IMG/VR virus record: IMGVR_UViG_3300045988_175865
Span: 90,001 to 118,000 of that record
Length of the DNA stretch: 28,000 nucleotides
Source: a virus
Reading direction: 5' to 3' (one strand)
The position numbers and the translations under genes are program-made. Shown piece by piece: positions 9,056 to 17,966 of this stretch. Every line of letters begins with the position of its first letter. Position 1 is the first letter of the stretch. The notes beneath the pieces were generated by a model. It made no database searches and had not been told where the DNA came from. It saw only the letters and a list, made by a program, of their open reading frames with translations.

Positions 9056-9274
9056 ATGAGAAAAATATTACATACAATTAAAAATATTATAATAGGGTGA
9101 TATCGTAGATTCTTTAAACCTATCCCTGATTGAGCTGAAAGAAGATATAAGGTATGTTTAAACTGTCCTCATAAAGAAAAATTATTTGGAGAATACTGAT
9201 GTACTTTATGTGGATGTAATTGCTATAGTAAATCATTAGTAGAAGATGAACAATGTTATGATAATAGATGATAA
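9056..9274 (+). CDS. Small Cys-rich, probably Zn-binding protein (72 aa), paralog of the previous gene
   Basis: ATG 9056. Reads MRKILHTIKNIIIGW..PDW..VCLNCPHKEKLFGEYWCTLCGCNCYSK...CYDNR-W(TGA)-TAA. Three internal TGAs plus a terminal TGA-TAA. Absent from the track because of the TGAs. Confidence 0.55.
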
Positions 9275-9301
9275 TGTATAATTTTAAAATAATAATGAAT
9301 T

Positions 9302-9826
9302 ATGAGTAAAGAAAAGTATCTAGGAACTGATTACTATCAGTTAACAGGAAAACATTTAATGGGCAATAATATTAAACGTGAAATTGATCCTGAAGCACTT
9401 AAAAGGGCACAAGAAAAATCAGAAAGAGATCAAATGGAGTATGTAGCTAATTTAATGGCAAAAGATAAAGATTGCAAACCATATGAGAATAAGAAAATTG
9501 TTCCTACGGCAGGTAGAGTAGTTGTATTACCTTACGAAAAGAATCCTTATCGTTTACCATTACATGAAACCACCTCTGGACTTATCTTAGGTGATTTTGA
9601 AACATCTGCAACATATAAATCACAGGAAACTGGAGAACAAGAAGCCTCACAGCGTGGTATTTGGTGTTGTAAAGTTATTGCTGTTGGTAATGAATGTAAA
9701 AGTGTATTAGAAGGGGAAGATGTATATATTAATTTTACATTAGCTGCGCCACTCCCCTTTGGTGGAAAAGGATACTATACAATCAGTGAAAATAATATTA
9801 TTTGTAGTATAAGAGATAATGAATAA
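9302..9826 (+). CDS. GroES/Cpn10-like co-chaperonin domain protein with an N-terminal extension of about 65 aa
   Basis: The C-terminal region IVPTAGRVVVLPYEK...TSGLILGD...CKVIAVGNECKSVLEGEDVYINF...YYTISENNIICSIRD follows the GroES pattern (R-V-hydrophobic strand, mobile loop, G-x-V-x-A-V-G, GD-x-V, final D/E-I-hydrophobic). No TGA. Confidence 0.5.
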   Translation: MSKEKYLGTDYYQLTGKHLMGNNIKREIDPEALKRAQEKSERDQMEYVANLMAKDKDCKPYENKKIVPTAGRVVVLPYEKNPYRLPLHETTSGLILGDFETSATYKSQETGEQEASQRGIWCCKVIAVGNECKSVLEGEDVYINFTLAAPLPFGGKGYYTISENNIICSIRDNE

Positions 9827-9854
9827 GATGCACTAAAGGTGAATATAAAAAGTT

Positions 9855-10106
9855 ATGGATATGAATGAAAATTTGAATAAAGAAGGTAACTCATACCTAT
9901 TTTACACCCCTGGTCAGCTTGTAACCTTAAAACATAAGGAGCTAAATTCTCCAATAATGCTTATTCAAGAGAAAGTTACAAGGCAGTTTAAACAGGGAGA
10001 TCAGATGTATAATATCTTCAAGGGTATGAAATGTATTTGATTTGATAAAAATAATGTGCTGCAAGAAGCAGTATTTTCAACAAAAGATTTGGAATTATAT
10101 AAATAA
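9855..10106 (+). CDS. Small hypothetical protein (83 aa), resembling the YodC/DUF2158 style of small beta proteins
   Basis: Track ORF 9855..10040 continues across one TGA (KCI-W-FDKNN) to TAA 10104-10106. Pattern PGQLVTLKH...SPIMLI...C.WFD. Confidence 0.45.
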
Positions 10107-10114
10107 ACAATCAT

Positions 10115-10339
10115 ATGACTTTACAAATTGATGGATTTATAGTTACAGGGACGCCTGATGAGGTAAATACTTTTATTAAACTGTATCAGGTAAAACAATA
10201 TACCATTGTTAATTCCCAACAACCAATTATACCATTATATTATTCCCCTGATACTGATATTAAAAAGTGAGAGATAACTTGTAAAGATAGTAGTAATATT
10301 AGTAGTAATATTAATGGTAGTGTAGTTAAACCAGAATAA
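10115..10339 (+). CDS. Hypothetical protein (74 aa)
   Basis: ATG 10115 to TAA 10337-10339 with one in-frame TGA. Fills an otherwise uncalled gap. Confidence 0.4.
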
Positions 10340-10341
10340 GT

Positions 10342-11202
10342 ATGAATAAAGAAGACTTAACTCAGTTTATAGAGTGACTCCCAGTTAATATTAATGAGTT
10401 TAAAGATAAAACTCCTGATGAAGTAGTCACTATTCTAAATAAATTAGCCCAAACAGAAGAGGGGTTAAATGAAATATCTGGTCTTATTAGTCAATTTAAA
10501 CAAAAACAGATGTTTAAATTTGGGGGTAAATTAGGGCAACTTATTAATAAATTTCAACAAGGAGGAAAATCTGATCAGAGAAAATCTGATAAAGTAAGAA
10601 AAAATTTTCATGGAGTTAGTTTATTTGAATATGGTCCTAATAAATATAAAACTGCAAGAGGCACTTTAGTTAGAGATTTAAAACCAGGAGTTCATCAAGA
10701 AACTCTTCCTAATGGTATAGGTCTAAGACAGATTACTAGAAATAATACTACAACATCAGAATTAGTATCTCCAGATAAAAGGGATACATTATATATTAAT
10801 AATGCAGATGCTGGAAGAATTGACAGTAATATTAATGATGCTGGTATATTAGGTAAATTAGGATTACGGACACCAACCCCTGTAAGTTCTAATTTTAGAA
10901 GATTACAAGGTATTTTTAATGCCAAAAAATTTAATACAGGAGGAGAGGTAACTAAAGATGGATACAAGTCTAGTTCTGTAACAAATCCTGATGGTTCTAT
11001 AAAACAAACTTTAAGATATCCTTCTGGGAAAGAAGAATATAGAACTATAAGTAGAGACAAACAAGATACTATATATACTAATAGTGTCAATGGTATTACT
11101 AGAAGAAATAATCCTAAATGATACCACTTTGTTGACAAAGAAGCTAATAAAAAAGGCTATGCAGAAAGACAAAGACGATTTAATGAACATTACAAAGAAT
11201 AA
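10342..11202 (+). CDS. Hypothetical basic protein (286 aa) with internal repeats
   Basis: ATG 10342 is in frame with track ORF 10510..11121 and extends over TGAs at both ends to TAA 11200-11202. Repeats: SPDKRDTLYINNADAGR / SRDKQDTIYTNSVNGITR, and GG motifs FKFGGKL, FQQGGKS, FNTGGEV. Confidence 0.6.
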
Positions 11203-11786
11203 TGACAGATATATTCCTTTATAATAATACTACAGGATCTCTTGAACTTAATGTTCATGATATCCTACTTGTAAAGGAGTTTGAGGCATTATGAGACTTA
11301 GATAGAAATAAATGTAGTGAAGATCCTACAGGTAAAAAGAGACTACGAGCATGAAAAGAATTTAAATATATTTGATTATTTGCTGATTGGAAGAGTCCAT
11401 ATCAACAATATTTAGAGATGGAAAAACACAAAGCAGCTATGGAAGATTCAGGACTATCTGATGAAGAATGAAATGATCCCACTTTTAGAGCTGCCGTTAG
11501 AAAATATATTGAAATTAAAGATTCTTCTCGTATTCTAAGTCTTATAAAAACTGCCTTCAGAACTCTTGAAAAGATGAGAGTATCATTAGACAATATTGAC
11601 CTTGAAGAAAGAGATCCTGTAAATAACAAACCAATCTGAAAAGCTAAAGATATTCTTGATAGTATTGGTTCTATCGGCACTATGACTGATAAGTTAAAGG
11701 AACTAGAACTAAACTATAAGAAAGATCAAATTGAAAGTAGTTCTAAAGTTAGAGGTGGTTTGGAGCGAGGATTTATGGATGAGTAA
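11202..11786 (+). CDS. Hypothetical protein (194 aa) immediately upstream of TerL; small-terminase position, unproven
   Basis: ATG 11202 overlaps the previous TAA (TAATG). 5 in-frame TGAs and 1 TGG, ending at TAA 11784-11786. Invisible in the ORF track; the antisense ORF 11402..11680 is its shadow. Confidence 0.55.
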
Positions 11787-11792
11787 TGAACT

Positions 11793-14111
11793 ATGGCGAA
11801 AAAACTAAGTATTGAAGCTGAAATGAGAGCTGCTCAGAGAGATATGAAGAAGAAGTTGAGTGGTGAAGATAAGGAAGAGGTAAAGAAGGTTAAAAAGAAA
11901 GCTAAACCAGTAAAAGAACAATATAAGGAAATAAAAGAATCTCTTAAAGAAAAAGAGGCTCCTAAGGAAATTGCTTTTAAAGATAATTATGAAGAGGAAT
12001 TAATTAGGGAATTATTTAAAGGTGATATTACTGTTTCCCAAGCTCTGGGTAAAGAAGATGAGCCTGAACAACCTAAAAGAGAGAAAAGTGGATTGTGGGA
12101 TTATGTTCTCGAAGATGAAATAGAATTCTTTGACCCTGAATGTAGTTATGAATTGACTGGTTATAGACCTATAGATGAAACTCATGGATTAGATTTTGAT
12201 CCAGCACCTTTTTGTGAAGCGGGAAGAGTCTATACTGAAACTGGTCACTATACTGAATATCCGTCTGGATCTAAACCATATGCTGATTTCTGACAAGAAC
12301 AATTAGATAGATGCATTAATGGTTATACGATTGGTAAGTATAGAATTACTGGAGATAATTATTTCTTCCTTAATTTTTATAGGATGCCTGTTGTAGACGA
12401 TTCTAAAAAACTGGCGGAAGCTTCTGGAGAAGGATTTCCAAAATTTGTAGCAGAGCAATATAAATTCTTTCATTATTTTGAAATGTGCGAACTACTTAAA
12501 AAAGACTGCGTTGCACTAAAAAGCCGAGGCATAGGCTGAAGTGAGATAGGAGCTTGTTTAGGAGTTCGTCCATTTATAACAGGAAGAAATTTTAATTCAA
12601 CATATATTACTTCTTCACTAAACTATCTGGAGCCGACATTAAATAAATGTTGAGCCCAGCTTCATTTTTTAAATGGAAACACCAACGGTGGATTTAGAAG
12701 ACCTATGATGAAGATTAACAATGCTCTTCATAAAAGAACTTCTCTTACTAATAATGAAAATCGCGAATGAGGCAGATTAAATAATATAGAAGGAATTGTA
12801 GCAGATAATATTAACAAAGTCCGTGGTATTCGTTCTAATAGACTTTTCTGAGAGGAGGGAGGGTCCTTCAAAAATCTAGAGACTGCTTGAATTAAAGGAG
12901 AGGCATTAGTAACAGTTGCGGGTGCTAGAAAAGGCATTATGAGTGTCTGAGGTACAGGAGGTGATTCAGATGCTTCTGCACTAGAGGGTCTATCTAAAAT
13001 GTTTAATAATCCAAAAGAATACAATGTACTTCCATATAAAAATAATTACTCTGAGGATGGTGAAGTTCAATATACTGGTTATTTTATACCCGCTTTTAAT
13101 ATTATGCTTAAAAAAGGTTTCTATGATAATAGAGGAGTTACAGATAGGAAAAAAGCAAGAGAACATTATGAAACTGAAAGAAAAAAGAAGTCTGGGCAAA
13201 ATTTATTAGATTATTGTGCAGAATTTTGTTTCACCCCTAGTGAGGCATTATTAAAACAAGGTGATGGTATTTTTGATCCAGTACTTATAGCAGATCGTTT
13301 AACTCAACTTCGTATACAAAAAGTAGGGGTAAAACCACAACAAGTTGATTTGTTATGAGATGTTCCAAAAGGGTTAGAAAATAATCCAAGAAATAAAGTT
13401 AAACTTATTCCTAATGCACAAGGAAAAGTATTTATATATGAACCTCCTCTTAGAGATGGGGAAGGGAATCTTTATAAAAATCTCTATATTGCAGGAATTG
13501 ACTCTATTGATCAAGGTACTGCAGATTCCTCAACAAACAATGATGTATCTGATTTTTGTATAGTAATTAAGAAAAGAATCTTAGGTTCCAATTCTTCAAA
13601 TTATGTTGCAATTTATAAAGATAGACCTAGGGACATTGCTACGGCTTATGAAAATGCTATGAAATTATGTGTATATTATAATTGTAAGGCGATGCTAGAG
13701 CATACAAAAATTAGTATTATTATGTATTTTCGTTCTAAAAAGAAAGATAATCTTTTTATGAAGAGACCAAAATCAACGATGCCTGATATTCGAAAAGGTA
13801 ATTCTGGAATGATTGGATATCCTGCAACTGAAACGTATCTACGTCATGGACTTGAATTAATTAGTAGATTTGTAGATGAATCTTGTTATTCTATACAGAT
13901 TGATGAAATGCTAGAACAATTACTTAAATATTCCTGGGAAAATAAACGTAAATTTGATATTGTTGCAGCTATGATAGCTGCTGAATTAGGGGATGAAGAC
14001 CTTTTAGGATTTACTCCAAGGGCTCAAGATGAAGTAAGAAATTCATGAAAGGATTTTGGATGATATTATGATTCAAATGGACAAAAACGATATGGCATTA
14101 TACCTTCGTAA
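11793..14111 (+). CDS. terL: Terminase large subunit (772 aa in table 4)
   Basis: Track ORFs 11793..12293, 12999..13358 and 13659..14048 share one frame and join over 10 in-frame TGAs. Motifs: ITGDNYFFLNFYRM, KSRGIGW(TGA)SEIG (Walker A-like), RLFW(TGA)EEGGSF (Walker B-like), W(TGA)GTGGD, YIAGIDSIDQG (nuclease Asp). Lys/Glu-rich N-terminal extension. Confidence 0.9.
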
Positions 14112-14400
14112 AGAAAGTAATCTTGAGTGTAGAGTTAGAGAACTAATTAACCAAGTTACACAGTCTGAGTATATTTCTCCTATTGATGTTAAATATGAAG
14201 ATGAGATATATACATTAAGACTTGGATTAAATTGTAAAGATGCAGCTCCAATATCTTTTGGGTATCAAGGTAGTGAAGAAGGATTTTTGAAATTTTTAGA
14301 AAAAGAATTTAAAAAGAGAAAACTTCAGAATATTAATTATACTACAGGAGTACTTATAAATGGAGATAGTAATTTGCATTTTCCAATAATAGAGTTATAA
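14068..14400 (+). CDS. Hypothetical protein between TerL and portal (about 110 aa)
   Basis: Track ORF 14056..14400 begins at TTG; ATGs follow at 14068, 14077 and 14092. It overlaps the table-4 C-terminus of TerL in another frame, so the start is uncertain. No TGA. Confidence 0.5.
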   Translation: MIQMDKNDMALYLRKESNLECRVRELINQVTQSEYISPIDVKYEDEIYTLRLGLNCKDAAPISFGYQGSEEGFLKFLEKEFKKRKLQNINYTTGVLINGDSNLHFPIIEL

Positions 14401-14402
14401 AA

Positions 14403-15578
14403 ATGAATGTTGATAGAGAAATAAAACAAATTGACAAAGCTATAAGTGAGTTAATATACCCTAAGATAGCACTTCAAAAAGCTTATAATTACTATCACAG
14501 TAGACGAGATGCAGATCAGTTTAGGCATATTGAAGAAAATTATGGTATTGGTGTACCCACTGGAATTACATTTAATCCTCTTGTTCGCCCTCATATAGAT
14601 AGGTTAATTGGAGAATATTTAGGATTAAATCAAGATTTAAAAATAACATGTAAAGATGAGGAAACAGTTTCTAATATTATGAGAGAAAAACAATTATTAA
14701 TTAGTAAAGAACTGTTTAATTATCTAAAAAAATATTTAGAAAATAATATAATATCTTCTATTATTAACAATGAAGAAGTTTCAACGGATCCATTTATTGA
14801 GAAACAATTAAATAAAATTAGTAATAGCATTAATGATTCTTTTGTATCTCAATATGAAATTGCAGCTCAGAATATTCTTGACTATTTAAAGCAGTCAAAA
14901 AATATAGATTTAACAAATAAAATGCATAGTCTGCTTACAGATTTATGTATTACTGGTACATGTTATTATAGAGTAAGACCTTCTAACAGTGGAGATAATA
15001 TACAATTTGAGGTATTGAACCCTATTAATACATTTGTAGAAAAAAATCCAAATTCAGACTATTTAGCAGATTCATACCGTGTAGTGGTTAGAAGGTATAT
15101 GTCTGTAGAAGATGTTTTACTAGAATATCGTAAAGATCTAAAGGAGGAACACATAAAACTTCTAAAGGAAGAGAATAACAGCACAATTGAGTCAGACGGT
15201 CCTTCTTATTATATTAGAGCCACATCTCCTGAAATAGCTGGAGTTTGAAACAGTACTCATACTGGAATTTTAGGGGGACTAGAAACACATCCTATATGAC
15301 CAGGTGAAACTAGCAGAACTAATAGGTACACTTACCCAAAAATGTGAACTGTTTATGATGTAGAATGAATTGAAGTTGATTATAAAACAGGAAAACAGAC
15401 TAGACATGAAGGTACACGTATTGGAGAAGAAATTTATATAACTAGGGGGGAATCTGAAAATATTATTAGAACAAAAGATAATCCGAATAAATGTAGATTA
15501 AGTGTTAATGGTTTATTTTTCCTAGATAAGAATGGAGATCCAAACTCCTTGATTATCAAGACAATGGATCAACAGGAT
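14403..15578 (+). CDS. Portal protein, exon 1 (392 codons)
   Basis: ATG 14403. N-terminal KAYNYYHSRRDADQF is portal-like. The frame continues past 4 in-frame TGAs to ...IIKTMDQQD, then hits TAA at 15579, which is the first codon of the intron. Confidence 0.8.
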
Positions 15579-15934
15579 TAAGATTATATGAGTCCTGTCT
15601 AAACCTCGTGAATTGCTGGAAACTCTTAAATTGAATGAAAGTAAATCTAAGACAATCAGCAGCCAAGCTCGTAAGAGAAGGTTCAACGACTATCCTGAAA
15701 GGGAGTACACTCAAGTGAGTGGAAGTGCGGGGGCAAATTTGATTTAAACTAATTATAAGTAGTTATGAAATATAACGAAATAGAATTTAAAAATCTAGTA
15801 GCTACAGAATGTTTTTCAACAGATTTATTTGAATTAGTTTTAGAACAAATTTGTATGATATAGTCTAATCTATATGGTGACATATAGCAGTCGCAAGACG
15901 GGTGTAAATTAACGACTTACACTGAATAAAAATG
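15579..15934 (+). ncRNA. Group I-like self-splicing intron (356 nt) with no homing-endonuclease ORF
   Basis: P1: exon CAGGAU (15573-15578) pairs with intron GUCCUG (15592-15597), placing U15578 opposite G15592. The last intron nucleotide is G15934. GNRA hairpins: CTATATG-GTGA-CATATAG (15870-15887) and GTC-GCAA-GAC. Hairpin CACTC-AAGT-GAGTG (15708-15721). Long-range complement CGACT (15687-15691) / AGTCG (15889-15893). Removal restores the portal frame. Confidence 0.75.
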
Positions 15935-16969
15935 AAATATGACTTATTAGTATTTTATCGAGATAACTTAATTTCTAGTTCAGGTACTGTTGGAGATTGA
16001 GTTGACTTAGCTTATGTACCACAGGTTTTAGGAGTAGATTTACCAGAACGATTACAAAAATGATTAGCTTATAAAAAGCAAGGTATGGGCTTAATTGATA
16101 GTAGTCAAGAAGGAGCTCAAACAATGAATACGATATTTAATGGTTATGATGATACTATTAAAGCACAAAGTATCCAGGCAATTAATTTAGCTATACAATC
16201 AATTCAACAACAGGTTTCTATGGTCACTGGTGTTTTACCTGAGGCTCTAGCTCAGTATGAACAACGTGATGCTGTTTCAAATGTTAAGTTGGGAGTACAA
16301 ACTACAATGCTTTTAACTAAGCAAATTTTCAATGCTATGGATACTGTATATCAAGAAGCAAATTATGATATGCTTAACCTTGCGAAACTAGTTTGACCAA
16401 AAGGAATAACAGGCACAATTGTTTTAGGTAATTATTCCAAAATATTTACAGCCCTTCCCCAATATTATACCTTAACTGATTTTGATATTCATATTGAAGA
16501 TAGTACTAAATCTTATCAGAACGTACAATCATTAATTGCAATCAGTGGAGAGCTTGTTAAGAGCGGAGTAGCAGATTTAGGAGATATTACAAATATTATA
16601 ACTGCATCTTCTATTACTGAATTAAAGCGATATATTGATCGCTCTATAGCTCGTAAAAAAGAGGAAAATGATACTATTGAACAGTTACAACAACAAATTC
16701 AACAGTATGAACAAAATTCTAAAGAACTTCAAAAAGTTAATCAACAATTACAAGAACAAATTCAACAGCTACAGAATCAATTACAAGCTAATAATCAAAC
16801 TAAACTTGAAATTGAAGCAGAAAAGGTTGCAATTGAGAAAGAAAGGATGAGGAATGATAAGGAATATAATGATAAGAGTCTAGAAGTTAAAAATAAACAA
16901 ATTGATGCACAGGTTGCTGAGATATATGATGATAATCCGTATAATAATAAAATAAAAAGTGTAATATAA
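15935..16969 (+). CDS. Portal protein, exon 2 (344 aa plus stop), with a Gln-rich coiled-coil C-terminus
   Basis: Starts KYDLLVFYRDNLISSSGTVGD-W-VDLAYVPQ and includes track ORF 16085..16396 in the same frame. Three in-frame TGAs. TAA at 16967-16969 overlaps the next ATG. Confidence 0.8.
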
Positions 16970-17769
16970 TGAGTAACTTAAATGTTCGTTTAATAGTTTA
17001 TCCAAATTGCAAATTGTCTGCTATTGATGATAGTAGTTATACTAATCTGCCAGGTAGATATGGGACATTATTTGAAAATATAGCGGATTATGTCTCTTTA
17101 GAGTTTCTAGTATATTCTAATACAAATGAAATTGAACCCAATACTTTAATTTTTGAAAACTATCAACATAACAGAGATAATTTTTTAACAGATAGTATTT
17201 TTCCAATTATAAAAGATGGAGTTCATCATTATTATAAAATAGTTATTCCCAAACTAGAAACTCTATTTATCAAAGATACTCCTTCAGAAGATTTATACTC
17301 TTTAATATATTTAAAAGATCAGACATTCTACTATAACAATAATTTTTATGTTGCAAAACAGAATTATGAAACTGCTCCTACTTCTAAAGAGGAACTATTA
17401 AATAAAATTGATCTTATTTTAAAAGAATCTGAAGCAGAAATTGTAACTAATTATATTGATCTTTATAAACTGTGTGGCAGTCAATCTTTTTGCTGCAAAA
17501 AAACAGTATTTACAATTTGCAAATTAACACAATGTTTACTAAATTTACAACGCCAAATTATAGATCATGCTATTTATAATAAGTGTGCTGATTATAAAGA
17601 TATTATAGAAAAAAGAGACTTTATTCTAAGTACAATTTATGTTCTAGATTATTTAAAGGATATTAATAATTTTCAGGAAGCACAACGTATTGTAGAAAAT
17701 GTTCTGGGATGTAATGATATTTGTAATACAGATAATACATTAAATAACAATTGCGGGTGTAATGGATAA
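16969..17769 (+). CDS. Hypothetical protein (266 aa) with a Cys-rich C-terminus
   Basis: Uninterrupted ORF with no Trp codon. C-terminus reads CGSQSFCCKK...CKLTQC...GCNDICNTDNTLNNNCGCNG. Confidence 0.6.
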   Translation: MSNLNVRLIVYPNCKLSAIDDSSYTNLPGRYGTLFENIADYVSLEFLVYSNTNEIEPNTLIFENYQHNRDNFLTDSIFPIIKDGVHHYYKIVIPKLETLFIKDTPSEDLYSLIYLKDQTFYYNNNFYVAKQNYETAPTSKEELLNKIDLILKESEAEIVTNYIDLYKLCGSQSFCCKKTVFTICKLTQCLLNLQRQIIDHAIYNKCADYKDIIEKRDFILSTIYVLDYLKDINNFQEAQRIVENVLGCNDICNTDNTLNNNCGCNG

Positions 17770-17959
17770 ACTATATGAAACTTTATATATCCTCTATTCT
17801 ACTGAGCTAGTAAATCTAAATATTGGATATTCTTTAGATAGAAAGAAACTAAATCAAATGATAGATATTATAGGAGCAATAGAATATATAAAAAATACTA
17901 ACAATGATCAAGAGGATATTATTAATATAATTAATTACTATAATAAATATATCAACTAA
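17762..17959 (+). CDS. Small hypothetical protein (65 aa)
   Basis: Its ATG overlaps the end of the previous gene by 8 nt. TAA stop. Confidence 0.4.
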   Translation: MDKLYETLYILYSTELVNLNIGYSLDRKKLNQMIDIIGAIEYIKNTNNDQEDIINIINYYNKYIN

Positions 17960-17966
17960 ATTAATA

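Noticed and set aside
15579-15934. Homing endonuclease or intein associated with the portal interruption.
   Set aside because: The insert is only 356 nt and its longest ORF is 32 codons. The interruption changes frame and starts with a stop codon, so it is RNA-level (an intron), not an intein.
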